From assembly GCA_963707025.1 (NCBI GenBank), contig CAVPOM010000018.1, positions 1-64,000 of the forward strand: a DNA stretch of 64,000 nucleotides, given 5' to 3'. Position 1 is the first letter of the stretch; the number at the start of each line of letters is the position of its first letter. The DNA is from an uncultured Verrucomicrobiae bacterium (GTDB lineage: Bacteria > Verrucomicrobiota > Verrucomicrobiia > Limisphaerales > Palsa-1400). A model generated the notes under the pieces. The model was not told the DNA's origin, ran no database searches, and was given only the letters and a program-made list of their open reading frames with translations. Below, one piece after another: positions 53,457 through 63,940 of this stretch. The position numbers were made by a program, and so were the translations under genes.

Positions 53457-54083
53457 ATGAACCAGAATCCTCCAGAGCCAGCCGCCGCTGTGGAACGGGA
53501 TGAGCCTGCCGTCGGGCCGTCGGCTGTTCCCATCTGGCTGATTCTTCTGCTGGGCTTGCTGGTTTACTGGGGATTGAATTATGTCAATGAGCACGGCGGC
53601 TGGTTCAATGCGCAAGTTTATGAGCCGTTCACCACCTATGCGGAAGTGGCGCAATGCCAGCCGCACAATCCGGAAGGTGACTATCTGGCGTTGGGCGAGT
53701 CGGTGTTTAAAGAATCCTGCATTCTGTGCCATCAAGCCAATGGCGCGGGCAAGGAAGGCCAGTTCCCGCCGCTGGCCGGGTCGGACTGGCTGAATGCACC
53801 GGGGCCAAACCGGATCGTCCGCATTGTTTTGAACGGCCTGACCGGGCCCATCCGGGTTGAAGGAGGTCCCAACGGCCCGGTCGGCCTCAATGCCACCATG
53901 GCGCCGCTGGGAGGCACTTACACCGATGAGAAAGTGGGGGCGGCCTTGACCTACGTGCGCCAGCAGTGGGGCAACAAAGCATCGAAGATCACGCCCGATC
54001 AGGTCAGAACCATCCGGGAAGCGATCAAAGCGCATCCCGCGCCGTTCACGCCGGATGATTTGTTGAAGATTCCGGTGCAATAA
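53457..54083 (+). CDS. membrane-anchored class I cytochrome c
   Basis: TM segment, CILCHQ, FPPLAGSDW, distal Met in NATMAP, TYVRQQWGN. Confidence 0.88.
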   Translation: MNQNPPEPAAAVERDEPAVGPSAVPIWLILLLGLLVYWGLNYVNEHGGWFNAQVYEPFTTYAEVAQCQPHNPEGDYLALGESVFKESCILCHQANGAGKEGQFPPLAGSDWLNAPGPNRIVRIVLNGLTGPIRVEGGPNGPVGLNATMAPLGGTYTDEKVGAALTYVRQQWGNKASKITPDQVRTIREAIKAHPAPFTPDDLLKIPVQ

Positions 54084-54148
54084 GAATAGTGAATTGAGAA
54101 TTGAGAATAGTGAAGTTTCTGAATTCTCAATTCTACATTCTCAATTCA
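54084..54148. repeat. inverted heptamer (GAATTGA)n...(TCAATTC)n pair between convergent genes; possible terminator
   Basis: gaatagtgaattgagaattgagaatagtgaa ... gaattctcaattctacattctcaattc. Confidence 0.7.
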
Positions 54149-55514
54149 TCTTTCCCAGCCGGCGCCAAAGGAGGGCGCTCATGCGCGAGCCTTTTTCGTA
54201 GCAATCCAGGTTGAATTTTTCGTTGGGAGAATGGGCGTTGTCATCGGGCAGGGCCAAACCCAGGAGCAAGGAATCGGCGCGCAGAACTTTTCTGAACTGG
54301 GTGACGATGGGAATGGAACCGCCTTCGCGGATGAGAATGGGTTCGCAGCCAAAGGCTTCCCTGAGGGTGGCCAAGCCGGCCTGGGCCAGCGCGCCGGAGG
54401 GGGAAACCAGATACGGCTCGGCGCCGTGTCCCGCCTCGGCTTGCAAACGCACGGTGGGCGGACAGATTTTTTTGAGCTGCTTGAGAATCGCCTTGCGGAT
54501 GCGCTCCGGGTTTTGCTCGGGCACCAGGCGAAAGGTCAGCTTGGCCCTGGCCCAGGCCGGAATGATCGTCTTGCTCCCCTCCCCCTGATAACCGCTGGTC
54601 AGGCCGTTGATCTCGATGGTCGGACGGGAACTGCGTTGCTCGATGAAATTATAGCCGCGCTCGCCAAACAGCCGCGGCACGCCCAGGGACTTCCGATAGG
54701 CCGCTTCCGTCATGGGAAAGCGGGCCATTTGTTTTCTCTCGTAGGCGGAGAGCGGGGCAACGTCGTCGTAAAAACCGGGAATGGCGACGCGCCCGTTTTT
54801 GTCGCGCAACCGGGCGAGCAACTGGCTCAGGGCCAGGGCGGGATTGTCCACCGTGCCGCCGTAGATGCCGGAATGCAAATCGCGGGCCGGCCCGTGGAGG
54901 GTGATTTCCACGGCGCAGATGCCGCGCAAGGCATAAGTCAGGGCGGGATGATCCAGGCCGGGCATGCCGGTGTCGGAAATGACGACGGCCCGGCAGTGCA
55001 GTTCGTCGTGGTTGGCCAGCAGGAAGCTGTCCAGGCTTTTGCTGCCCACTTCCTCCTCCCCTTCGATGATGAAGGTGAGGTCGCAGGGGAGCGAAGTTTT
55101 TGTGGCCAGATAAGCCTCCACCGCGTTGAGGTGGGCGAGGTTTTGCCCCTTGTTATCGCTGGCGCCCCGGGCGAAGAGGGAACGGCCTTCGAGGCGCGGC
55201 TCGAAGGGAGGGCTTTTCCAAAGGTCAAACGGCTCGGCCGGTTGCACATCGTAATGGCCGTAAATGAGAAACGACGGCTTGGTGGAATGAGGCGAGCGCG
55301 GCGTTTTGGCGACGACGACGGGATGGCCGGCGGTGGGACAAAGGCGGCTTTCCAGGCCGATGTCTTTGCAGTGCGCCACCAGCCACGCGGCGCAGGCGGC
55401 CAGATCGCCGCGATGGGCCGGTTGGGCGGAGACGCTGGCAAAGCGGACGTACTGACAAAGCTGGTCCAGGAAATGCGCCTTCTTTTGCTCCAGATAATTC
55501 AAAACGGCTTGCAT
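54141..55514 (-). CDS. M20 family dipeptidase
   Basis: YGHYDVQP, ARGASDNKGQ, EGEEEVGS, DLHSG, GGSIP, HSPNEKF. Confidence 0.92.
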   Translation of the reverse strand: MQAVLNYLEQKKAHFLDQLCQYVRFASVSAQPAHRGDLAACAAWLVAHCKDIGLESRLCPTAGHPVVVAKTPRSPHSTKPSFLIYGHYDVQPAEPFDLWKSPPFEPRLEGRSLFARGASDNKGQNLAHLNAVEAYLATKTSLPCDLTFIIEGEEEVGSKSLDSFLLANHDELHCRAVVISDTGMPGLDHPALTYALRGICAVEITLHGPARDLHSGIYGGTVDNPALALSQLLARLRDKNGRVAIPGFYDDVAPLSAYERKQMARFPMTEAAYRKSLGVPRLFGERGYNFIEQRSSRPTIEINGLTSGYQGEGSKTIIPAWARAKLTFRLVPEQNPERIRKAILKQLKKICPPTVRLQAEAGHGAEPYLVSPSGALAQAGLATLREAFGCEPILIREGGSIPIVTQFRKVLRADSLLLGLALPDDNAHSPNEKFNLDCYEKGSRMSALLWRRLGKMN

Positions 55515-55611
55515 AAGTGGTTGCCAACATAAGGGAGGAGGACGGCGTTGTCGAAACGAAATTGCGCCTGGGCGCCTTTCAACTTTTTGGGTCGCTGCTC
55601 CTGCTCTGCTT

Positions 55612-55688
55612 CCTAATCTTAATCTTAATCTTAATCTTAATCTTAATCCTAATCCTAATCCGCTGGCACGAAGCAGATTAAGATTGGG
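55612..55688. repeat. (CTTAAT)n...(GATTAA)n inverted hexamer cassette, asymmetric
   Basis: About 8 hexamers on the left (55612-55660), 2 on the right (55676-55688). Confidence 0.88.
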
Positions 55689-55746
55689 CGCAGAAACCGC
55701 CGCCCTGAAAATTAAATTGCCCCCTGCGCCCGACGCGCGGCCGGGC

Positions 55747-57544
55747 TTACTTCAGGGCCAGAACTTTGCGCTCGTTGTCAAATTCGAGCGTGACGGAGGA
55801 AGGGCCGATGGCCACGACGGTCGCGCCCGCGGGAAGCCGGTCTTGCGGCCGCACCCGCCTGCCGCTGATGACGGCGGTGGGGTTGCTTTGGGAATAGAAG
55901 ATGGATTGCAATCGCAAATTGGCAAAGGCCAGGTCCTTGGCCGTGGGAGGCGGCGGCGCGGCGGGAGGGGTTTCCACGGGCGCGGTCACCGCAGGGGGAG
56001 CCTCCGCGACTTTGACCGGAGGAGCCACGGGCGCCGGGGCGGGGGCAGGAGGCGTGACGTCGGCGACGGTGACGGGCGGCTTTGCAGCCATGTTCTTGTC
56101 CGGTGGCACTGCCGGCGGCAGCGCCAGGCGCAAGAAAGCTTGTGTGCCCAGGAGGAAAGTGAGAACAAACAGCACGACCAGGATGCCCGGCGTAAACCCA
56201 ACGCTGCCGCGGAATGGAAAAAACAGCCGGGAGGGCGGGCGCTGGCTTGACCGGCTTGGGCGCCGGCTTGGGCGCCGGCTTGGGGCTGGCCGCGGCGGGC
56301 TTTTTGGCGGCGCCGCTTTCGCCGGGCCGGGTGCGGGCTTCGGGGCCTTCCAATTCCGGTGTCAGGACCATTTCGCGCCAGTATTGCAACCGGCCGTCCA
56401 GTCCCAAATCGGCCAGGTAGGCCTCATCAACTTGGGCGGGGACATAGCCTTCCTTGTCCGGCTTGGCTTCATAAAGCAGGGCATTGGCCACATGGACGGC
56501 GGTCAGCGGGGTGAAGCGTTTGGACAGGCAGCGGGACGGGTTGTGATGGAGGGCGGCCGCTTCCACCAAGTCCAGCGGCATCCCCCACAGCCCCAGCAAA
56601 TAGGCCCCGATCTCGCCGTGACTGGCCCCAAAAATCTGCTTCTCCACTTCCCAGAGCGGGATTTGCTGCCGGCGCGCCAGCGCCTGGGCGCCGCTGTACT
56701 GCTCGTCAAAGTTGGAGGCCAGCACCAGCTTGCCCAAATCATGCATCAAGCCCGCCGTGAAAGCCGACTCGGCCAGCACCGGGTCATCCTGCTGGGTGAA
56801 AGCCAGCCGGCGGCTGATCCGCGCCACCTCCGTGCTGTGGCGCCACAGCCGGTCAATGGAAAAATACACCGGCTTGACTTTATCGTACTGACTGAGAAGT
56901 TTGAGCGTGATGACCATGGACTTGACCGTCTCAAAACCGAGGATGCCGACCGCCTCCACCGGGTCGCTGATCTTGCGCGGCAATCCGAAACAGGCCGAAT
57001 TGGTCACCTGCAGCAGCTTGGTCATCATGGCCATGTCCTTGGCGATGATCGCCCCCACTTCGGCCGTGGTGGTGTGCGGGGATTTCAGGGCGTTGATCAC
57101 TTCCAGGTAAAGGGAGGGGACAATGGGGAAGGTGCGCAGACGGGAGATCAGTTCGCGCAGGCTGTCGTTGGTCAGCCAGAGGTCAATGGACAGGGCCCGT
57201 TCGATGGCGTTTTTCAGGGTCTCGCTGTCGCACGGCTTGGTCAAAATCAGGTGCGATCCTTCCACGTCGGCCATCCGGTTTTCCTTGTCCAGCTCTCCGG
57301 CCAGCAGAATGCGGATGGTTTTGGGATATTCGGCATGGACTCGATCCAATAATTCGACTCCCTCGTTGGCTCCCGGCAAGGCGCAATCGGCCACCAGCAC
57401 ATCGCTGGGGTGGGCGGCCATTTCAGCCAGGGCTTCGTTCGGGCTGGCCACTAATTTGACTGTCCACTCCTTCCCCAGGGCGCGGCCGTATTCCTCCAGC
57501 GTGGGCGGATCAGCGTTCGCGATTAAAATGTGTTTATTGCCCAT
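55747..57544 (-). CDS. REC-HDOD signalling protein with TM and a GspB-like C-terminal domain, with apparent frameshift near 56187
   Basis: Receiver N-terminus; KLLQVTNSACFG, LWRHS, AGLMHDLGKL, HGEIGAYLLGLWGMP; removing one G joins WVYAG-ILVVLFVLTFLL. Confidence 0.78.
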
Positions 57545-57930
57545 ATATCATCATTGGACAGGAACGATCTTGGCAGGATGTTCGCTATCTTACAAGTTTT
57601 ATCGGCGGAACCGGAGGCGGACTTGAGGGGAAATAAAGCGCCCAGGAACGAGGAAGAATGGAGGAGGAACTGGCAACCAAAAAGAGCCTCCGCCGGCCCG
57701 GCGTGCCCATTCGCCTTCTTGCAGCCCGGCCTTTTCTCAAACCGTTGAGCGGCAAGGGCGCATCCCGCCGGCGCCCTCGCTCCAATCCGTCTCCCTCTGC
57801 CCCACGGGTCTGTGGAGCGGAGGGAGAGCCGGCGGGAGGTTTCCCTGCAGGAGCCAGCCGTGCCAGCCACGGGACTTGGCTTGAATTTCACTGGCCTTCC
57901 CGCGCCGGGGCCGGTAGAGTCCACCCTTTC

Positions 57931-58746
57931 ATGGCACTGCCCATAAAACTGATCTCAACGGATTTTGACGGGACTTTGTTTGCCGAATTCGAGAACCCTC
58001 CGGTTCCACCCGCCCTGCAAACCATCCTCGGCCAGTTGCAGGGGCGCGGCGCCCGCTGGGTCATCAATACCGGACGCGATCTTTCCAGCCTCCTGGAATC
58101 GCTGGGGCGCGCCCATCTGCCTGTCAAACCTGATTTTCTGGTGGTGGTGGAACGGGAGATTTACGTTCGCCGCGATTCCCAGTACCTGGAGTGCGAGGCA
58201 TGGAATCGCGCCTGCTCGGAGGCCCACCGCCAGTTGTTCGAGCGGGTGCGCCCGGATTTGACGCGTTTGACCGCCTGGGTGCGCCAGCGCTTCAGCGCCA
58301 CCCTCTACGAGGATTCCTATTCCCCACTCTGCCTCATCGCGGAGAAAAACCAGGACGCCGAGGCCATTCACCAGTACCTGGATGGTTATTGCCGGGAAGT
58401 GCCGGGCCTGACGGTGGTGCGCAACGATGTCTATGCCCGCTTCAGCCACCGCGACTTCAACAAGGGAAGCGCCCTGGGCGAAATCGCGCGTCTGCTCAGC
58501 GTGGGCCGCGAGGAAACCTTCGCCGCCGGCGACCACTTCAACGATCTGCCGATGCTGTTGCGCGAGCATGCCCGCTGGCTGGTCGCGCCCGCCAACGCCA
58601 TTGACCCGGTCAAAGACGCCGTGCGCCGCCAGAATGGATATGTCAGCCAGCTCCTGCATGGCCATGGCGTGGCCGACGGCCTGGAATTCTGTCTCAAGCG
58701 GGCCACCGTCCTGGGTCTCGTGGACCTGATGGGCAGCCGAAGTTAG
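57931..58746 (+). CDS. HAD-IIB (Cof/sucrose-phosphatase-like) hydrolase
   Basis: STDFDGTL, NTGR, KGSAL, AGDHFNDLPML. Confidence 0.88.
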   Translation: MALPIKLISTDFDGTLFAEFENPPVPPALQTILGQLQGRGARWVINTGRDLSSLLESLGRAHLPVKPDFLVVVEREIYVRRDSQYLECEAWNRACSEAHRQLFERVRPDLTRLTAWVRQRFSATLYEDSYSPLCLIAEKNQDAEAIHQYLDGYCREVPGLTVVRNDVYARFSHRDFNKGSALGEIARLLSVGREETFAAGDHFNDLPMLLREHARWLVAPANAIDPVKDAVRRQNGYVSQLLHGHGVADGLEFCLKRATVLGLVDLMGSRS

Positions 58747-58947
58747 AGCAGGCTGGCTTTGCGAATACGGAACCCGCTCGGCAACCGGCGCAGCCATTCC
58801 CGCTCCGGGCGGGTCTTGCTTCAGCGCCATCGGTGAAGCGGGTCCTGCGCTCGATGTGCTGGCCGGGTGGACGGAGTCGCGGGCATGAAAAAACCAAATC
58901 GCGCGGTCGGGCTTGACGCCGGCTGGCAGGTGATTCAAATAGAAAAG

Positions 58948-59169
58948 GTGAACGTTCGAGAGTTGAAAAAGAAGGTGAGCGGTGGCGGCTTTCGTCCGTT
59001 TTCGATCTGCACGGCCGATGGGCGGCAGTTTGAGGTCCCGCATCCCGAATTCATTCTCTTCGGGAAATACAGCATTGCGGTTCTCGACAGGCAAGGTTTC
59101 ATAAACAATATAGATCCTTTGCAGATCGTCTCCGCCAGGGAGCTTTCCCGCCGCAATGGCGGCTCTTGA
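58948..59169 (+). CDS. small conserved hypothetical protein
   Basis: FRPFSICTADGRQFEVPHPEF motif, typical of small PVC proteins. Confidence 0.6.
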   Translation: MNVRELKKKVSGGGFRPFSICTADGRQFEVPHPEFILFGKYSIAVLDRQGFINNIDPLQIVSARELSRRNGGS

Positions 59170-59289
59170 ATCCTTCATCCGGGAAACGCCGCCATCCATC
59201 CGCGCGCGACGCCCCTGGCATGGGGCTGATGCCTCAATTTCGCAGGACCCCGCCTTTTCGCGCGCTGCCCGGCGAAGGAACAAAGTCCG

Positions 59290-59907
59290 CTAACAAGCTT
59301 TCATCGCTTCGGCCGCCAGCGCCGTGATTTTTTCCCAGGCACGCCGCGCCAGCAGCTCCCTTTCCGCCATCCACGATCCGCCCACCGCCGCCACTTGCGG
59401 CAAGGCCAGGTAGGCTGGCAGCGTCGCCGCGGTGATGCCGCCGGTGGGCACGAATTGCACGCCGGTGTGGGCGAACGGCCCGGCCAGCGCCTTGAGCATC
59501 GCCACCCCGCCCGAGGCTTCGGCGGGAAAAAACTTAAGCAGCTTGCATTTCAAGTTCAGCGCCCGCCCCACTTCCGTCGGCGTCACCACCCCGGGAATAT
59601 ACGGCAGGTTGCGCGCCAGGGCCGCCGCCAGCACCGACTCATCCAGGCCCAGCGCCACCAGGAATTGCGCGCCCGCCTCCGCCGCCTGCGCCGCCTGATA
59701 GGGCGTGAGCACCGTCCCCGCGCCGACGGTCATCGCCGGCAGGTCCCGGCGAATGCGCCGGATGGCCTCCGCCGCGCCCTCGGTGCGGAACGTCACCTCG
59801 ATGGTGTGCAATCCCCCCGCCAGGAGCGCCCGGGCCAGCGCCACCGCATCTTCGGGATGGTCAATCACCGCCACGCAAACCAGCCTTTGCTGGAGAACAT
59901 TTTCCAT
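59290..59907 (-). CDS. eda: KDPG/KHG aldolase
   Basis: IEVTFRT, VGAGTVL, PGVVTPTE, KFFPA, PTGGI, VGGSW. Confidence 0.92.
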   Translation of the reverse strand: MENVLQQRLVCVAVIDHPEDAVALARALLAGGLHTIEVTFRTEGAAEAIRRIRRDLPAMTVGAGTVLTPYQAAQAAEAGAQFLVALGLDESVLAAALARNLPYIPGVVTPTEVGRALNLKCKLLKFFPAEASGGVAMLKALAGPFAHTGVQFVPTGGITAATLPAYLALPQVAAVGGSWMAERELLARRAWEKITALAAEAMKAC

Positions 59908-60212
59908 GGTTTGAATTATTTGAATTCCTGAAACGTGCCGCCAAACTACACCAGGGCTGTGGCAATGAAACTGCAAAATGGGGGGCGGGAGCGGCAAAGC
60001 GGCGCGGTCGCCCGCGCACTCCTTGACCTGCCGCCACATCGGCCGCGCGCCCGGAACGCCAAGCACCGTGGAGCGCTTAAGGCCGGTTCCGCTGTGGCCC
60101 GGACGCAGGCGTGGTCGCCCCATCTGGAGAAGTCTGTCCCAGACCCGGCCCATTTGTTTTCGCGTGGAATAATTTGCCAACCCCTGACCCAAAGGCTTAC
60201 TATTCCGCCCCT

Positions 60213-61721
60213 ATGAGAAGGATTGCAACCCTGGCGTTTTTGCTGGCCCTGGCCGGCGTGGCTCTGGCTGCCGGGCCGGACGATGATTTTTTGGTTATCT
60301 ACACTCAAATCCAGCGGGCGGACGCCCTCCAAAAAGGCGGCCAATTGCCGGCCGCGGCCACTGAATATCTCCACGCCCGCGAGGCCTTGCAAAAATTGCA
60401 CGCCGATTTCCCGGCCGCCAACGCGGCGGCGGTTACCTACCGGCTGGATTACCTGGCGGACAAGCTCAAGGAACTCGCCCCCTACCTCCCTTCGGCCAAC
60501 GCTGGCGCCGCCGCCCCCAAACCGGCCGTCCCTCTGACCCCCCAACAGCAGGCGGCCATGTGGCAGGAAGAAATCAGTGCTTTGACCAAAGACAAGGCCG
60601 AGTTGGAAATGAAACTCAAGGACACCCTTTCCGCCCAACAGCAGGCCGCGATGTTGCAGGAAAGAATCGGCCAGTTGACCAACGCCAATGCCCGGTTGGA
60701 GATGAAACTCAAGGAAGCCCTTTCTGTCCAGCCGGCCGCGGTCGCCCCCGATGAATTGGCCAAGGCCCGGGCGAGAATCACTGATCTCGAAAAAGAGCGC
60801 GACCTCCTCAAGGTTACCCTGGAGCAACAAAAGGCGGCCAAACCCGGCGCCAAACCATCGGCCTCCAACGCCGACGCCGACAAGCTCAAGGCGGTGGAAA
60901 AGGAGAGGGACGACTTGAAGAAACAGATCGCCGCCATGAAACCAGGTCCCCCGCCTCAGCGCGCCACGGCGTCGGCCGCCGGCTCCAGCGCGGAACTCGA
61001 ATCGTTGCGCGCGCGCCTGGCCGTGCTGGAAGCCGCGGCGGTGCCCTATACCGCCGAAGAACTGGCCGTGCTGAAAAGTTCGCCTTCCGCCGGTCTGCCC
61101 GCTGCTCCCTTGGCCGCGAAGGAACTCCCGTCCAAGGCGCATTCGGTCAAGGATTTGTCTTTCGGCCTCGTCGCCATTATGCGGCAGGCGCGGGGGGACG
61201 CCGAGGCGCGGCGTTACGCCGACGCGGAAAAAGAATATCTCCAAGTGCTCCGGCAGGATGAGAACAACGTGGATGTGCTCTACTACCTCGGCCATGTCCA
61301 GTTTGCCGCCGGCCGTCTGGACGATTGCGAAAAAACGGTGCATCGCGCCCTCGCCCTCGCCCCCAACGACCCCGGCAACCTTTATTTGCTCGGCATTTTG
61401 CGCTATGGCCAGGAGAAACTGGACGACGCCCTCGATGCCTTGAGCCGGTCCGCCGCCCTCAACTCGACCAACGCCGCCACCCAATTCTCCCTCGGCAGCG
61501 TTTTGGCCGCCAAAGGATTGCGCGCCGAGGCGCAGACGGCCTTCCGCAAAGCCCTGGAGATAGACCCGGCCTTCGCCGATGCCCACTTCAACCTCGCCTT
61601 GGTCTATGCGGCGGAGAAGCCGCCCTCCCTGGCGCTGGCCCGCTGGCATTATCAGAAGGCGGTTGATGATGGCCATGAAAAGAGCGACAAGCTGGAAAAA
61701 ATGCTGGCCGAAGGAAAATAA
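60213..61721 (+). CDS. exported coiled-coil plus TPR protein
   Basis: Signal peptide, coiled-coil middle region, C-terminal TPRs (ALEIDPAFADAHFNLALVY). Confidence 0.8.
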   Translation: MRRIATLAFLLALAGVALAAGPDDDFLVIYTQIQRADALQKGGQLPAAATEYLHAREALQKLHADFPAANAAAVTYRLDYLADKLKELAPYLPSANAGAAAPKPAVPLTPQQQAAMWQEEISALTKDKAELEMKLKDTLSAQQQAAMLQERIGQLTNANARLEMKLKEALSVQPAAVAPDELAKARARITDLEKERDLLKVTLEQQKAAKPGAKPSASNADADKLKAVEKERDDLKKQIAAMKPGPPPQRATASAAGSSAELESLRARLAVLEAAAVPYTAEELAVLKSSPSAGLPAAPLAAKELPSKAHSVKDLSFGLVAIMRQARGDAEARRYADAEKEYLQVLRQDENNVDVLYYLGHVQFAAGRLDDCEKTVHRALALAPNDPGNLYLLGILRYGQEKLDDALDALSRSAALNSTNAATQFSLGSVLAAKGLRAEAQTAFRKALEIDPAFADAHFNLALVYAAEKPPSLALARWHYQKAVDDGHEKSDKLEKMLAEGK

Positions 61722-61784
61722 CCGCCCCGGCGCGGCGGGTCCTGCCACGGAGGCCCATCCGCCCGCCACCCGCCGCTTCCAACT

Positions 61785-62150
61785 TTGAAACCTCTGGCGC
61801 TATTGTGTTGTTCCAATTCGTTGCTCGGCGGTCAATTGGCCGGCCGTTTGCAGGACTTGGGCTATCGCGTCCAGACCGTCCGCGATGCGGCCACGCTCCA
61901 GGAGCAATGCGCGCGCGAAAAACCGCTCGTCCTTCTGACCGAAGTGTCCAACCGCCCCGGGGCCTGCGACGGCATCGCCCTGGTCAAAAAATCTCCCGCC
62001 ACCAGCCACATTCCCGTCCTGGCCTTCTCCGCCTCGCGCGGCAAGGCCTTGCAAGCCGCCGCCGGGCAGGCGGGCGTCTCCCTCCTGGCGGGCACCGCGG
62101 CGATGCTGGAACATTTGCCGCAGTTGCTCGAGCAAGTCCTTCAGCTCTAA
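61785..62150 (+). CDS. atypical single-domain receiver-fold protein
   Basis: LQDLGYRV, PATSHIPVLAF; lacks the canonical acidic pocket. Confidence 0.6.
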   Translation: MKPLALLCCSNSLLGGQLAGRLQDLGYRVQTVRDAATLQEQCAREKPLVLLTEVSNRPGACDGIALVKKSPATSHIPVLAFSASRGKALQAAAGQAGVSLLAGTAAMLEHLPQLLEQVLQL

Positions 62151-62173
62151 GCCGTGCAAAATCCCACCGCGAA

Positions 62174-62996
<823 letters not shown>

Positions 62997-63001
62997 ACCG
63001 G

Positions 63002-63940
63002 TCATTCCCCGGCTTCCACCTCGTCGAACAGGCTTTCCAGACTGTTGAGGGCGGCCTTTTGCGGGGCGGGATTGAGATGGGCGCGCATATAATCCAGGGC
63101 GTCGGCAATGCTCTTGACCGAGCGCGGCAAGGTGGCTCCGCTGGCGTTGGCATGACCGCCCCCGTGCAGTTGTTCGGCGATCTTGAGCGCCTCGCCGTTG
63201 CGGCTGCGCAAGCTGACCACGACCGTGCTGTTGGCTTTGCGGAACAACGTCAACAATACCGGATAAGGGGTCGCGCCCTGCTCCAGCATTCGATGGACGA
63301 TGGCATTGGTGTTGCCCACCACCGTGTCCACAAAACCCACCGTCGGGCTGATTTCCGCCACGTTGCGCTTGCTCCATTCCAGGCCGATGGGGTCTTCGAT
63401 GCGCCGCTTGACCGCCATGACTTCGAGCAAGGGATGCTCCAGCAGCCGTTCCAACTGGCCGCCGATGAGGGCGTGCAGATTCCAGAAGCCGTAGGTCTTG
63501 ACCAGGTTGGCGCAATCGTTGGCCGGGACAAAATCGGCATCGTCCTCCAGGAACAAGTCGGCCACATCGTTCAAGCGCACCAGCCGGTCCAATTCCGGCG
63601 AGCCCAGGCCGTGTTGCCGGCACAAATCATAGCACAGCAGCCCGGCCGACTTGGTCAAATCGTGGATCAACACCGCATTTTTCGGGCGCGCCTCCGTGGC
63701 GTGATGGTCAATGATCAGCCAGTCCGGTTTATCCAGCCGCGGTTCAAAACTGAAATCGCACACCCAGGCGGATTTTTCCCGCAGCTCGCGCAATTTCCAG
63801 CCGTTATAATTGTAAGCCTCCAGCCGCGTCTCCGACTTGAAAAGATGCCGGGCCAGCCGCTGCAGGAGCAACCCCGCGACGAAGCCGTCGAGGTCGCTTT
63901 CATGCGTCAGGATGACATCAGGCTTGGGCAATGCGTCCAT
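63002..63940 (-). CDS. DHH/DHHA1 family phosphoesterase
   Basis: HESDLDG, CDF, IDHH, SLRS, GGGHANASG. Confidence 0.85.
   Translation of the reverse strand: MDALPKPDVILTHESDLDGFVAGLLLQRLARHLFKSETRLEAYNYNGWKLRELREKSAWVCDFSFEPRLDKPDWLIIDHHATEARPKNAVLIHDLTKSAGLLCYDLCRQHGLGSPELDRLVRLNDVADLFLEDDADFVPANDCANLVKTYGFWNLHALIGGQLERLLEHPLLEVMAVKRRIEDPIGLEWSKRNVAEISPTVGFVDTVVGNTNAIVHRMLEQGATPYPVLLTLFRKANSTVVVSLRSRNGEALKIAEQLHGGGHANASGATLPRSVKSIADALDYMRAHLNPAPQKAALNSLESLFDEVEAGE

Noticed and set aside
36633..55688. GATTAA/GATTAG arrays as CRISPR arrays or telomere-like repeats
   Set aside because: There is no repeat-spacer periodicity, no cas genes, and the arrays are short, internal and intergenic.
57790..57827. 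Hairpin TCTCCCTCTGCCCCAC...GTGGAGCGGAGGGAGA as an ncRNA or riboswitch
   Set aside because: It is a single GC-rich stem with no aptamer motif I can recognise; more likely a lone REP-like palindrome.
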